Shown here: positions 8,659-21,786 of the stretch, one piece after another | How the letters are laid out: each line of letters starts with the position of its first letter | Numbering within the stretch: position 1 is the stretch's first letter | NCBI GenBank assembly: GCA_963745035.1 | Contig: CAVUVW010000013.1 | Coordinates: 352,001 to 416,000, forward strand | Reading direction: 5' to 3' | Length of the DNA: 64,000 nt | Source: an uncultured delta proteobacterium | Lineage (GTDB): Bacteria > Desulfobacterota > Binatia > UBA9968 | Notes under the pieces: generated by a model | Database searches by the model: none | Seen by the model: the letters and a program-made list of their open reading frames with translations, nothing else | What the model was told of the DNA's origin: nothing | Program-made: the position numbers and the translations under genes

Positions 8659-9230
8659 CTGCGCCTCCACTGACCACAGATAAGCATGAGCACAGATTTC
8701 GTCTTGGCATTTCGCGTCAGTCAATTGACACTTGAAACCTCCTAGCGCTAAGGAAGAGTCTGAGGTTGGCGATGCCTGTGAAATCCTTGACCATATAAGT
8801 GGCGCGGTTATGACGGGAGTTCTTCGGTATGGTCGCTCGCAAAGGAGCCGACCCCGACCTGGTTTTACAAACGTGTGGACTGGATCGTTCAATTCTCGCT
8901 GACAGAGATGGTTTTGTCTCTACCGGCATTTCGTTGTATTGCCGGATGTTTTCGCCGCGAGTCCGGCAACTTCAAAACCCACGTATGCCCGCTCGCCTTC
9001 AACCATCTCAAACCATCGGGCGGCACGATCGTGAATCTTGCTTGGGTACTCCGATGTAACTGCTTTCAACCGCGCCCTTTAAGCGCCGGACCGGCAGGAC
9101 TCCTTCGGGGTACCGTGCGTATTCCGCCTACAAGGTCGGATGAAATCGAGGTGTGAACCGCGGATGAGTTTGCAGGATAAGCAACCCGTCCATTGGCAAG
9201 TTTCGTTAAGCCCGCGTTGCCGTGCGATGC

Positions 9231-10523
9231 CTATTCGCCTTCTTTGCGCCGAATCAGCTCGCAAACTGCCGGATCGCGCTGATGCGCTCCACAGGGCGAG
9301 GGGTGGGAATAGTGATAGGCCGAGTACCACGGGTGCGGCGTCAGGTTGGAAAGATTCTTTACAGTCAAATTGATCAGCGCTTCTTCCATCGGCTTGCCGT
9401 CGCGCAGGGTGCGCGCGGCGAACCGGTCGGCTTCGTATTCGTGCTTGCGCGATAGCACATTCATCAGCGGCCCGAGAAAAAACGTGAAGCTTCCCGAGAG
9501 CAGGCTGAACAGCACCAAGGCGGCATGGTGGCTCGGCGCCAAGCCGAAAGCGGCGTACAGCGGCTCGAAATCAATCAGCCGGCTCAGCACGTACAAGCCG
9601 ATCAATAGGAAAATAGTCTGAACGACGAGCATGCGCTGGATGTGCTTCATTTTATAGTGGCCCATCTCGTGCGCCAGCACGGCCAGTCCCTGTTCCATCG
9701 TCATCTGCTCGATCAGCGTGTCGAACAAGACGATGCGCTTGGCTTTGCCGATGCCGGTGAAATACGCGTTGGAATGAGCCGAGCGTTTGGAGCCGTCCAT
9801 GGAAAAAATCCCGCTGGTTTTGAAGCCCACCTGATCGGCCAGCGCCAGAATCCGCTCGCGGAATTCTCCCTCTTTGAGCGGCTCGAACTTGTTGAACCAT
9901 GGCGCGATGAAGGTCGGGAAGATCACGATCATCAGCAGCTGAAAAACGCTGATAAACACAAACGCCCAGACCCACCAATAGGCTCCGCTCGCCTGCATAA
10001 GCCAGAGAATGACGACCAGAAAGGGGACACCGATCGCCAGCCCCAGAATCAGGCTTTTGAGCTTGTCGCTCAGATAGAGTGCGGGAGTGGTTTTGTTGAA
10101 GCCGAACCTGGCTTCCAGAGCGAAAGTCGAATAAACGCCGGTAGGCAGCCCGGCAACTATGAAATAGAGACCGACTGCCAGACAGAAGAGAACGCCCTGG
10201 CCGTAAACACCCAGGGAAAATTCGCGCGCCCATCGTCCGGCCGTTTCGTCGAAAAAACCCAACAAGCCCGAAAATAATAGTACGAGCGCGACGAGCCGGC
10301 CGTAAATTTCCACCCAGCGCTGGAAACGGCCCTTGGCCAAAGTGTACTCAACCGATTTTCCGTATTCCTCAGGATGGAATCTGCCGTGAAAAAGATCCGG
10401 GATTTCTCCGCCGGCGCGGCGCGCGCGCACGTGGCGGAGGTTCAATTCGTTGAGGATAAATTCGACGGTGAATTCGAGCGCGAAGAAGATCAGAAAAAGC
10501 GCAACGATCCCTTGTTCCATCAA
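9231..10523 (-). CDS. M48 family Zn metallopeptidase (STE24/CAAX-protease-like); probable frameshift in the last about 20 codons
   Basis: multiple TM helices; DGSKRSAHSNAYFTG; HEMGH; EYEAD; YSHP. Confidence 0.92.
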   Translation of the reverse strand: MMEQGIVALFLIFFALEFTVEFILNELNLRHVRARRAGGEIPDLFHGRFHPEEYGKSVEYTLAKGRFQRWVEIYGRLVALVLLFSGLLGFFDETAGRWAREFSLGVYGQGVLFCLAVGLYFIVAGLPTGVYSTFALEARFGFNKTTPALYLSDKLKSLILGLAIGVPFLVVILWLMQASGAYWWVWAFVFISVFQLLMIVIFPTFIAPWFNKFEPLKEGEFRERILALADQVGFKTSGIFSMDGSKRSAHSNAYFTGIGKAKRIVLFDTLIEQMTMEQGLAVLAHEMGHYKMKHIQRMLVVQTIFLLIGLYVLSRLIDFEPLYAAFGLAPSHHAALVLFSLLSGSFTFFLGPLMNVLSRKHEYEADRFAARTLRDGKPMEEALINLTVKNLSNLTPHPWYSAYHYSHPSPCGAHQRDPAVCELIRRKEGE

Positions 10524-10532
10524 GCAAAACGG

Positions 10533-12824
<2,292 letters not shown>

Positions 12825-12825
12825 T

Positions 12826-13140
12826 CTAGGCCTCTTCCATCGTGCATTTCAGCGGATATTCATGCTGGCGCGCCAGGTTCTCGACCAGCGTCACCTTGGT
12901 TTCGGCGATCTCGTAACTGTAGACACCGGCGACGCCGATGCCTTTTTTGTGAACGTGCAGCATGATTTGCACCGCTTCGGTTTGCTCCTTGTGAAAAACG
13001 TACTGAAGGATCTGCACGACGAACTCCTTGGTGGTGTAATCATCGTTGTGCAGCAAAACTTTGTAGAGCGGCGGGCGCTTGACCTTTTTCTTGGTCTCGG
13101 TGACCAATCCGTGATCGGATTCCGTTTCTCTCCGGCTCAT
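12826..13140 (-). CDS. clpS: ClpS adaptor protein
   Basis: PPLYKVLLHNDDYT..EFVV..L..VF..IMLHVH..G..YPLKCTME. Confidence 0.96.
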   Translation of the reverse strand: MSRRETESDHGLVTETKKKVKRPPLYKVLLHNDDYTTKEFVVQILQYVFHKEQTEAVQIMLHVHKKGIGVAGVYSYEIAETKVTLVENLARQHEYPLKCTMEEA

Positions 13141-13270
13141 GGTCCACTCGCCTCGCGACTCGGTCAAATCTAACATGCCGACGCACGCAGCCGCAATGTT
13201 CGCCGCGGCAAGAAAACCTTTGCGCGAGGAGTTGCAGCGCGCGGCAAACAGAGTGTTATAATAGGCTTGG

Positions 13271-14182
13271 GTGTGGCGGCGGAAAAATCCGTTTGCGAAA
13301 AAAATTGCTCCCGAGGAGGCTCCCTTGCTTTCTAACAAAGTCAGCGAAATCATGACCACCCATCTCACCACCGCCCCGGCCTCGGCGTCGGTCTTCGACG
13401 TGATGCGGATCATGGAGGCGGAAGACGTCGGCCGCATCATCGTCACCGACGAGGATATTCCGATCGGCATCTTCACGGAAAAGGACGTCTTGAGACGCGT
13501 GGTCAACGCCGGCATCGATGCCCGCAAGAGCGCGATTCGCAGCGTGATGACCACGCCCGTGCGCGCCGTGCGCGAAGAAACTCACATCATCGAAGCCTTC
13601 GGCAAGATGTATCGCGGCAAGTACCGTCATCTTCTCGTGCGCGGCCGGCGCGGCAAGATCATCGGCATCGTCTCCATGCGGCGCATTCTCAATATCGCCG
13701 TCGAGCTCGGCCAGGGACTGAGCGAAACGACCACGTTGGGGGATATCGCGGCGGGGGCGATTGTCTCGGTCGATGACCAAGCCAGCGTACAGCAAACCAT
13801 CGAGGTCATGGACAAGAAGAACGTCACGGCGGTAATCGTCATGGCCGGCAAGCCGGCAGGAATTTTTACCGAACGCGATGTCCTCAAGCGGGTTGCGATC
13901 AAGGAAATCCCGCCCGGGGAAACGCGGATCACCCAAGTCATGACAGCGCCGATTATCACTATGCCGCGCACCACCCTGGTCGGCGACGTGCTCGCAGAGA
14001 TGTACCGGCGCGACATCCGAAATATGCCGGTAAGGGCGGATGGCGGGGAATTGACCGGCTTGGTTTCCATGCCCGAAATTCTGCAATATGCCCGTGCCTT
14101 CAACGTCGATGAACAGGTTCGCCGCACTTGGAAAGAGGTTGCCGAATATCTCGATTCGGAGGACCAATATACCCCCGGGTAG
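13271..14182 (+). CDS. tandem CBS-domain protein (four CBS repeats)
   Basis: repeated GIFTE.DVL.RV and VMT.P CBS motifs. Confidence 0.9.
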   Translation: MWRRKNPFAKKIAPEEAPLLSNKVSEIMTTHLTTAPASASVFDVMRIMEAEDVGRIIVTDEDIPIGIFTEKDVLRRVVNAGIDARKSAIRSVMTTPVRAVREETHIIEAFGKMYRGKYRHLLVRGRRGKIIGIVSMRRILNIAVELGQGLSETTTLGDIAAGAIVSVDDQASVQQTIEVMDKKNVTAVIVMAGKPAGIFTERDVLKRVAIKEIPPGETRITQVMTAPIITMPRTTLVGDVLAEMYRRDIRNMPVRADGGELTGLVSMPEILQYARAFNVDEQVRRTWKEVAEYLDSEDQYTPG

Positions 14183-14257
14183 GATTCTAACCCGTTGTCT
14201 TTCCAAGGTTATATGGTAGAATCACCGGACTGCTAAAGAGCTTAAGGAGGCCGTATT

Positions 14258-16084
14258 TTGGACACACCGTTAATCAACGATCTGAACATTTGCGTTGCCA
14301 CAGAAAATGGTTCAGGCAGCGCCTCGTCGAACAATATTTTGTTCAAAGCCATCTTCAAAATGGGCATTCCCTGCTCTTCGAAGAACATGTTCCCTTCGAA
14401 CATTCAGGGGTTGCCGACCTGGTACCAGATCCGGGCCTCGGCGGAGGGCTACCTCAGCCGTAAAGACGTGATCGACGTCATGGTGATGTTTAACGATGCG
14501 ACGGCGGCGAAGGATATTTACCGCGTGCGCGACGGCGGCGTGATTCTCTACGATGACTCCACACCCCTGGCGGCGAGTCTCAAGCGCGACGGTGTCCAAT
14601 ATATCGGATTTCCGGCGAACAAACTCGTAGCCAAGCTCGTGCCGGCATCGCCGCTGCGGGCAAAGCAGCGCAACATGGTCTACGTCGGCGCATTGGCTTA
14701 TCTCTTCGGCATCGACATGTCGGTCATCAAGGCGGTCCTCGAAGACACTTTCGGCAAGAAGCCCGCTGTGATCGAATCCAACCTGATCTGTATCGACGCC
14801 GGCTATCAGTACTGCAAAGAGCAAAATTTCAAGCAAAGCATCGCCCGGCTCGAAACGATTCCCAACGGTAACAAAGGTAAGATCATCACGGAAGGCAACA
14901 CCGCGGCGGGGCTCGGCGCGATCTACGGCGGCGCATCGGTGATCTGCTGGTATCCGATCACGCCGTCGAGCTCGCTCGCCGAAGCGATGGAGTATTATTT
15001 GCCCAGGCTGCGCAAACCCAAAGACGGCAAAAAGACCTTTGCGATCGTCCAGGCGGAAGATGAAATCGCTTCTGCCGGCATGGTTGTCGGCGCCGGCTGG
15101 GCCGGCGCGCGGGCTATGACCTCGACCTCAGGGCCCGGTGTGTCGCTTATGAACGAGACCATCGGTCTCGCATACTACGCCGAAATCCCTGCGGTATTTT
15201 TCATCATTCAACGCGGCGGTCCGTCCACCGGATTACCGACTCGAACCCAGCAAGCCGACATCTCGCTCATGTACGGCGCGTCCCACGGCGATACCCGGCA
15301 TCTCATGTTGATTCCCCATGACATGAACTCATGTTTCGACCTGGCGCGCCAGAGCTTCAATTATGCCGATCGGTTCCAAACTCCCGTTTTCGTCGCCATG
15401 GACCTCGACCTCGGCATGAACCTCTGGCCTTCCGAGCCGCTCAAGATGACTCAGGAGCCCTTCGATCTCGGCAAGCGATTGTCCGCGACCGACCTCGACG
15501 AATGGACCAAGGCCGGCAAGAAGTTTCGCCGCTACTTCGACCAGGACGGCGACGGCATTCCGTACCGCACCGTGCCCGGCAACCAGAATCGCATGGCGTC
15601 TTACTTCGCGCGCGGCTCAGGACATGATGCCGACGCCAAGTACTCCGAAGACGAGCACGACTACAAGTACATCCTGGACCGGCTGCGCAAGAAGTTCGAA
15701 TCGGCGCGCAAATTCGTTCCTAAGCCGATCGTCGAAAAAGAGCGCGGCGTAAAGACCGGCATCATCTGTTACGGTTCGAGCTACGAGCCGGTGCGGGAAG
15801 CGCGCGACCGCTTGAAGGCACGCGGCTTGAAAACCAATCATCTATTGATCCGCGCTTTGCCGCTCACCAGCGAAGTAATGGATTTTCTCGCCGAGCATGA
15901 CACCATCTACCTCGTGGAGCAAAACCGCGACGCGCAGATGGCGGCGATCATCAAAGACGAGAATCCCGAGCTCGGCGCCAAGATCGTCAGCATTTTGATT
16001 TACAATGGTCTACCGACGACGGCCGGCGACGTGGTCAGCCAGATTTTCGAAGCCGCCCAGTCGGCTCAACCCAAGACCGCTTAA
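14258..16084 (+). CDS. 2-oxoacid:acceptor oxidoreductase alpha subunit (KorA-like)
   Basis: YPITPSS; QAEDEIA; TSGPG.SLM.E; QRGGPSTGLPT. Confidence 0.95.
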   Translation: MDTPLINDLNICVATENGSGSASSNNILFKAIFKMGIPCSSKNMFPSNIQGLPTWYQIRASAEGYLSRKDVIDVMVMFNDATAAKDIYRVRDGGVILYDDSTPLAASLKRDGVQYIGFPANKLVAKLVPASPLRAKQRNMVYVGALAYLFGIDMSVIKAVLEDTFGKKPAVIESNLICIDAGYQYCKEQNFKQSIARLETIPNGNKGKIITEGNTAAGLGAIYGGASVICWYPITPSSSLAEAMEYYLPRLRKPKDGKKTFAIVQAEDEIASAGMVVGAGWAGARAMTSTSGPGVSLMNETIGLAYYAEIPAVFFIIQRGGPSTGLPTRTQQADISLMYGASHGDTRHLMLIPHDMNSCFDLARQSFNYADRFQTPVFVAMDLDLGMNLWPSEPLKMTQEPFDLGKRLSATDLDEWTKAGKKFRRYFDQDGDGIPYRTVPGNQNRMASYFARGSGHDADAKYSEDEHDYKYILDRLRKKFESARKFVPKPIVEKERGVKTGIICYGSSYEPVREARDRLKARGLKTNHLLIRALPLTSEVMDFLAEHDTIYLVEQNRDAQMAAIIKDENPELGAKIVSILIYNGLPTTAGDVVSQIFEAAQSAQPKTA

Positions 16085-16102
16085 AGTAGAGGACAAGACA
16101 AA

Positions 16103-17131
16103 ATGGCAGATGCAAAAGTCAATCGTCTCAATCTTACTGAAAAAGACTACGATGGTGCGCCGTCGACCATGTGCAAGGGCTGCGGCCACGACGCGATTTC
16201 GGCCTCGGTTCAGCGCGCCTACTTCGAAAACAGCATCGACCCGCGGAAAGTCGTCAAGCTGAGCGGCATCGGTTGCTCATCGAAGACCCCAGCATACTTT
16301 CTGAGCCAATCGTTCGGCTTCAACGCTGTCCATGGCAGAATGTCGGCCGTTGCGACCGGCGCCAATTTGGCCAACCATACCTTGCTGCCGATCGGCGTTT
16401 CCGGCGACGGCGACACTTCGGCGATCGGTTTGGGCAATTTTTGCCACATGATGCGGCGTAACGTGAATATTACCTACATCATCGAGAACAACGGCGTCTA
16501 TGGTTTGACCAAAGGGCAATTTTCAGCCACGGCTGATGTCGGTTCGGTCATGAAGGGCGGCAAGGTGAACGATATCCCTGCCATCGATCTGGCGGAGCTC
16601 GCGATCACCTTGGGCGCCACCTACGTCGCTCGCAGTTTTTCCGGCGACCGCAAGCAGCTCGCGCCGCTCGTCCAAGGCGCGCTCTCGCATCGAGGCAGCG
16701 CGATCCTGGATGTCATCAGTCCTTGCGTGACGTTCAACAATCATGAGGGTTCCACCAAGAGCATGAAATACGTCAAGGGCCATCTCGATCCGATTCATGA
16801 CCTCGACTTTGTGCCGCCCTATGAGAATATCGAAGCAGACTATGAAGAAGGCACCGACCACATGGTCGAGATGCACGACGGCTCGCGCATCATCTTGCAC
16901 AAGCTCGGCAAGGGCTATGACCCAACGAACAAAGCCCAGGCGGTCCAGGCGATCCACGGCTCCATCGCCGAGGGGAAATTCTTGACCGGCTTGATCTACT
17001 ACAATCCGAATCGCAAAGAGTTCGCCGAAGAGCTCAACCTCTGTGACATCCCGCTTTCGGAGCTGACCCAGGATGACCTGCAGCCGCCGCTCGAAGCTCT
17101 GGAGAGAATCAACGCCGATATGATGAAGTAA
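16103..17131 (+). CDS. 2-oxoacid:ferredoxin oxidoreductase beta subunit (KorB-like)
   Basis: CKGCG; SGIGCS; HGR; TPP motif GDGD..NNGVYGLTKGQ. Confidence 0.95.
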   Translation: MADAKVNRLNLTEKDYDGAPSTMCKGCGHDAISASVQRAYFENSIDPRKVVKLSGIGCSSKTPAYFLSQSFGFNAVHGRMSAVATGANLANHTLLPIGVSGDGDTSAIGLGNFCHMMRRNVNITYIIENNGVYGLTKGQFSATADVGSVMKGGKVNDIPAIDLAELAITLGATYVARSFSGDRKQLAPLVQGALSHRGSAILDVISPCVTFNNHEGSTKSMKYVKGHLDPIHDLDFVPPYENIEADYEEGTDHMVEMHDGSRIILHKLGKGYDPTNKAQAVQAIHGSIAEGKFLTGLIYYNPNRKEFAEELNLCDIPLSELTQDDLQPPLEALERINADMMK

Positions 17132-17154
17132 ATTCGGGGCGCGAGGTTTAACGC

Positions 17155-17194
17155 AAAAAAGACCCAGTAGGAGAACCTACCGGGTCTTTTTTTT
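17155..17194. terminator. bidirectional intrinsic terminator
   Basis: AAAAAAGACCCAGTAGG-AGAA-CCTACCGGGTCTTTTTTTT between convergent genes. Confidence 0.85.
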
Positions 17195-17213
17195 ATGCGT
17201 CTGGCGTGACGGC

Positions 17214-17864
17214 TTAGAGTCCCGAGGCTTGTTTGGCAGGCAATTCTTTCCAGGTGTCAATAATCTCATTCGACGAAGCGACGAGCCCGAAGTGACGGCG
17301 CATGTTTTCGAGCGTCCCTAGATGCAGCTTGGCCTCGTAGGCCGCCGAGCAGTCGTCGATCATCGTCACGTAATAATCGAACATGTAGGCGTCTCGGGCC
17401 GTAGTCTCGACGCAGACATTGGTCGCCACGCCGCAGACGAGCACACTCTGAACATTGCGCGCCTTGAGCACGGTATTTAAATCGGTGTTGATGAAGGCGC
17501 TGTAGCGATGTTTCACCACCACGCGCTCGGTCGGCAGCGGCGCAATGCCTTGGTAAAACTCCGCCCCCCAGGTGCCTTCGCGGCAGGTGCTGAGCCCGCC
17601 CTTCTGCGAGCTCCGGTAGATCCACGACGGGGTATCGGTCCACTCGCTGTGGGTGGTCCGGATGTAGACAACCGTCAGACCCACCCGACGCGCTTCATCG
17701 ATCAGCCGCAGCAGCGGCGGCATGATCGTCAGGGCCGCGCTCACGTCTTCGCCGCGCTTGCCGGCGCTGCCTTCGGGGCTGACAAAATCATTCTGTACGT
17801 CGACGACGACGAGCGCCGCGTTTTTCGGATCACAGCGTTCCTTGAGCGATCGTAGAACATCCAT
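17214..17864 (-). CDS. cysteine hydrolase (isochorismatase/RutB-like)
   Basis: VVDVQNDF; KHRYSAF; GVATNVCVETTARDA (D-K-C triad). Confidence 0.92.
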   Translation of the reverse strand: MDVLRSLKERCDPKNAALVVVDVQNDFVSPEGSAGKRGEDVSAALTIMPPLLRLIDEARRVGLTVVYIRTTHSEWTDTPSWIYRSSQKGGLSTCREGTWGAEFYQGIAPLPTERVVVKHRYSAFINTDLNTVLKARNVQSVLVCGVATNVCVETTARDAYMFDYYVTMIDDCSAAYEAKLHLGTLENMRRHFGLVASSNEIIDTWKELPAKQASGL

Positions 17865-17949
17865 TGAATCTCTCCTGTTTGGTTTTGAAGCTTGGATCCA
17901 AGACCGCAGATTGCGATCCTCGATCCTCCGTTTTCCATGCTCGTTTCGA

Positions 17950-18939
17950 TCAGTGATCGTGCCTGCGCTGCAAACCGCCATGTCCCATCGCCATGATATC
18001 GGCGCGCGTGATTTTCTCTCCCGCGAGCAAGCGCGGCAGGAGAGCATCAAAGGCCGTGAACGGATCGTGCAGCACGCAGCCCGAAAGCCCCATGACCGGC
18101 GTCTCACCGAGATAGGCCATGACGAACATCGAGCCGGGCAAGACCGGAAAGCCGTGGGTTTCAACTTTGGCGCCGCTCCGGCGAATCCCTTCCGGGGTCT
18201 TATCGTCGGGATCCACGGACATGCCGCCGCTGACAAGGATGATATCGGCGCCCGCTTGTTGGGCATTTCGTATATCGCCGGCGATAACGTCGGGATCATC
18301 GGGCGCCAACTTGACCGACTCGACTGTCGAACCCAGATCGCCGACTTTTCGCGTTACAATCGGCCCAAAACCGTCTTTGATCCGGCCGGTGAACACCTCG
18401 CTGCCAGTGACGACCAGATGCACCTTCTTCTGCGCCATCGGCAAAATCGTGACGATGGGCTTCTCCTTGCACAACGCTTCCGCTTTTTGAACCAACTCTT
18501 CTTTGACAACCACCGGAATTGTCCGGGTGCCGGCGACCACCGTGCCTTCCTTGACGGAACGGTCTCCCGGCAAAGTGGCCAGCATTAAGTCGCCCAACGA
18601 ATTGAATCGATAGAGCAGGTCGGCATCTACTTTGAGCAAGCCGGGAATCTCCGCGATCAAATTAATGCGCCCCTCGCTTGGATCACTAAGTTTGAGATTG
18701 GGCCCGGCCGCCGCCTGGGCAAGCCTGCGGGCCGCGTCTTCTTCGTGGAGCTCGTCTTTTTCCAACTCCATGACGTAAAGATTACGTTTGCCGACATCGA
18801 GGAGCTTGGAAATATCTTCGGCGCGCACGATATGGCCGCGGCGAAATGCCGGTCCCTTGTGCTTGCCGGGCACAATCTCGGTGATATCGTGGGCCAAGGG
18901 CAAGCCCACCGCTTCTTCAACCGGTATGACTTTGAGCAT
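17950..18939 (-). CDS. MoeA-like molybdopterin-binding protein
   Basis: LAHDITEIVPG; TGSEV; GGMSVDPDD.TP; PVLPG.M. Confidence 0.88.
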   Translation of the reverse strand: MLKVIPVEEAVGLPLAHDITEIVPGKHKGPAFRRGHIVRAEDISKLLDVGKRNLYVMELEKDELHEEDAARRLAQAAAGPNLKLSDPSEGRINLIAEIPGLLKVDADLLYRFNSLGDLMLATLPGDRSVKEGTVVAGTRTIPVVVKEELVQKAEALCKEKPIVTILPMAQKKVHLVVTGSEVFTGRIKDGFGPIVTRKVGDLGSTVESVKLAPDDPDVIAGDIRNAQQAGADIILVSGGMSVDPDDKTPEGIRRSGAKVETHGFPVLPGSMFVMAYLGETPVMGLSGCVLHDPFTAFDALLPRLLAGEKITRADIMAMGHGGLQRRHDH

Positions 18940-19169
18940 TCGTTTCTGTTCCCCTTCAGTTCCTACAAGAAATATATTCTGAGCGAACCTGATTTGTCCA
19001 GTTCGCACCGGCTCTCACGCCAGCCGGCTTTCGCCTCGCAAAAGCCACGGCAGCCGCTTTGGTCCTCGTATGACTGTACAACGGCGCGGAGTTTAGACAA
19101 ACGCCGGTCGATTCGGTACCCTCTGACCAGTCTCGTGCGCTGCCGGGCTCAACCGGTTGGGAGCATATC

Positions 19170-20498
19170 GTGTCAAACATCGCCTTTGAAATTTTTGTAA
19201 TATTTCTGCTTTTGATCGCCAACGGGATCTTCGCCATGTCCGAGATCGCCGTGGTCACGGCGCGCAAGTCGCGCTTGCAGGAGTTGGCGGACAAAAAAAA
19301 CGCCCGAGCGCGCGCGGCGTTGGAGCTAGCCAATGCTCCCAACCCGTTTCTTTCCACCGTGCAAGTCGGCATTACCCTTGTCGGCATTCTCGCCGGCGCC
19401 TTCGGTGGCGGCGCGCTTACGGAATGGCTCGCCGCGCAGTTGAGCGCCGTTCCTGGAATCGCGTCTTATAGCCGAACAGCGGCGCTCGGCATCGTGGTTC
19501 TCGGCATTACCTATTTTTCGGTCATTCTCGGCGAATTGGTGCCCAAGCGTCTCGCCCTCGGCCATCCGGAATCCATCGCCATGTTCATGGCGCCGCCGAT
19601 GCGTCTCTTGCTCAAGGTTTGCGCCCCTGCGGTTCATCTGCTGAGTTCCTCCACCGACCTAGTTTTCCGTCTGTTCGGCAAGCGCTTCGACGAATCGAGC
19701 GGCGTGACTGAAGAGGAGATTCGACTTCTGATGCGCCAGGGAACCGCCGCCGGCATTTTCGAAGAAACCGAGGAGGACATGATCGAAGCCGTGTTCCAGC
19801 TCGGCGACAAGAGCGCGCGCGGCCTGATGACCCCGCGCACACAGATCGTCTGGCTCGATGTGAACGCCTCCGTCGAGCCGATTCGCACCAAACTGGCCGA
19901 CAGCGGCCATTCGCGTTTTCCGGTCTGCGACGGCAGCTTGGACAACGTGCTCGGCGTAGTGCAGGCGAAGGATTTATTGACGAGCTTCCTCTCGGACGGG
20001 AGCATCGATCTTAAGGCGGCGATGCAGCAAGCCGCTTTCGTACCCCGGAGCATGCCAGCCTTGCAAGTGCTCGATCACATCAAGAAGTCCGGCAGCCACA
20101 TTGTTTTGGTGGTCGATGAGTACGGCGGGATCGAAGGACTGCTGACCCATCACGACCTTCTCGAAGCCATCGCCGGCGATATGCCCTTCGGCAAAGCTCC
20201 GGCCGAACCCAAAGCCGTGCAGCGCAAGGACGGTTCCTGGCTCCTCGATGGCATGATGTCGGTGGACGAGTTCAAAGAGATCTTTCATCTCGAGAATCTG
20301 CCGGGCGAGAAAAGAGACGCCTTCCAAACCTTGGGCGGATTTCTGTTTACGCAGATGGGCCGCGTTCCATCCGTGTCCGAATCCTTCGAGTGGAACGACC
20401 TGCGTTTCGAGGTCGTCGATATGGACGGCAAGCGCATCGACAAGGTGCTCGTCGCGTTCCTACAAAAACCGCTGGAAAGCGCAAGTCAAAAAACATGA
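19170..20498 (+). CDS. hemolysin-family CNNM(DUF21)-CBS-CorC protein
   Basis: NGIFAMSEIA; FLSTVQVGIT; GELVPK; MTPR; HSRFPV; VDEYGG; CorC C-terminus. Confidence 0.94.
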   Translation: MSNIAFEIFVIFLLLIANGIFAMSEIAVVTARKSRLQELADKKNARARAALELANAPNPFLSTVQVGITLVGILAGAFGGGALTEWLAAQLSAVPGIASYSRTAALGIVVLGITYFSVILGELVPKRLALGHPESIAMFMAPPMRLLLKVCAPAVHLLSSSTDLVFRLFGKRFDESSGVTEEEIRLLMRQGTAAGIFEETEEDMIEAVFQLGDKSARGLMTPRTQIVWLDVNASVEPIRTKLADSGHSRFPVCDGSLDNVLGVVQAKDLLTSFLSDGSIDLKAAMQQAAFVPRSMPALQVLDHIKKSGSHIVLVVDEYGGIEGLLTHHDLLEAIAGDMPFGKAPAEPKAVQRKDGSWLLDGMMSVDEFKEIFHLENLPGEKRDAFQTLGGFLFTQMGRVPSVSESFEWNDLRFEVVDMDGKRIDKVLVAFLQKPLESASQKT

Positions 20499-20562
20499 TC
20501 CCGGACTGCGCAGCCGCGACGCGGCTCTGTGCCCAGACAAATGGCGCGGTTGCGCTCGACGA

Positions 20563-21786
20563 TCAGGCGCGCGCCACGAGCTCCCCGGCGGCGGCCGCGA
20601 GCGCAACGATCAACCAGGGCGGCCAGCGCCAGAACACCAGAAGCCCGAAAGCGCTGACCGCGATCGCGAAGTCGGCGGCACCGAGAATTGCACTGGTCCA
20701 AATCGGCCGGTAGAGAGCCGCCAGCAGGAGGCCGACGACGGCCGCATTGATGCCGCTCAGCGCGGATTGGACTCCCGCCATGTTGCGTAGCGCGTCCCAG
20801 AACGGCAGAGCGCCAGCGATTAACAGGAACGATGGCAGGAAGATCGCGATCAGAGCCAGCAACGCGCCGCCCCAGCCACCGATCACCGCGCCGAGGTACG
20901 CCGAGAAGGTAAACAACGGCCCGGGCACCGCTTGCGCCGCGCCATAGCCGGCGATGAACTGTTCGTTATGGAGCCAACCGGCGCCGACGACTTCGGCCTG
21001 GAGCAGCGGCAAGACCACGTGCCCGCCGCCGAAGACCAGCGAGCCGGCGCGAAAAAAGCTGTCGAATAGATCGAGCGCCAGGCTCGAGGTGAATTGCCGG
21101 ACGAGAGGCAGGCCAAGCAGCAGGATAAAAAAGCTCGCCCATGCCAGGTAGGCGACGCGCTTGCTGACGGAAAATCGCATGGGCGTCCGGGAACCCGCGC
21201 CGGTCGGCGGAAGCGCTAGCCAACCGATCACTCCCGCGCCGGCGATGACGCCCATCTGCGCCGCCGCGTTCGGCCAAGCCAGGATGGCCACCGCCGCGAG
21301 GAGCGCCAGAGTCGCGCGGGCGCGGTCGGGGCAGAGCGCCTGCGCCATGCTCCAGACCGCCTGTACGACCACCGCCACGGCGGCGATCTTTAAACCGTGC
21401 AGCCAACCCGCGCTGCCTGCGCCGAGCGCGGCGATGCCGAAAGCGAACAAGGTGAGCGCCAGCGCCGACGGCAAAGTAAAACCGAGCCAAGCCGCCAACG
21501 CGCCCGGCAGGCCGGCGCGCGCGATGCCGATCGCCATGCCTACCTGGCTGCTTGCCGGCCCCGGAAGAAACTGACAGAGCGCGACCAAGTCAGCGTAGCT
21601 CCGCTCGTCCAGCCACTTGCGCCGCCGCACATATTCGTCGTGAAAATATCCCAGGTGGGCGATCGGTCCGCCGAACGAAGTGAGGCCGAGCCGAAGAGCG
21701 ACGCCGAACACTTCGATAAACGAACCGCGCGGCGGCGAGTATAGCGCTGAGTCTTGGCCCCTGACCTGATTTAATTCCACATTCAT
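20563..21786 (-). CDS. chrA: chromate efflux transporter
   Basis: LGLTSFGGPIAH; CQFLPGPASSQ; FGGGHVVLPLL; QAVPGPLFT. Confidence 0.92.
   Translation of the reverse strand: MNVELNQVRGQDSALYSPPRGSFIEVFGVALRLGLTSFGGPIAHLGYFHDEYVRRRKWLDERSYADLVALCQFLPGPASSQVGMAIGIARAGLPGALAAWLGFTLPSALALTLFAFGIAALGAGSAGWLHGLKIAAVAVVVQAVWSMAQALCPDRARATLALLAAVAILAWPNAAAQMGVIAGAGVIGWLALPPTGAGSRTPMRFSVSKRVAYLAWASFFILLLGLPLVRQFTSSLALDLFDSFFRAGSLVFGGGHVVLPLLQAEVVGAGWLHNEQFIAGYGAAQAVPGPLFTFSAYLGAVIGGWGGALLALIAIFLPSFLLIAGALPFWDALRNMAGVQSALSGINAAVVGLLLAALYRPIWTSAILGAADFAIAVSAFGLLVFWRWPPWLIVALAAAAGELVARA

Noticed and set aside
8700-9230. Possible riboswitch or small ORF downstream of the STE24 gene
   Set aside because: No recognisable aptamer consensus; a roughly 49-aa TTG ORF on the minus strand has no supporting features.
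12826-13554. 242-aa extended ClpS, and the extended ORF starts at 18299, 19008, 28061 and 30973
   Set aside because: The extensions overlap neighbouring genes or promoters; downstream starts with RBS match the family lengths.
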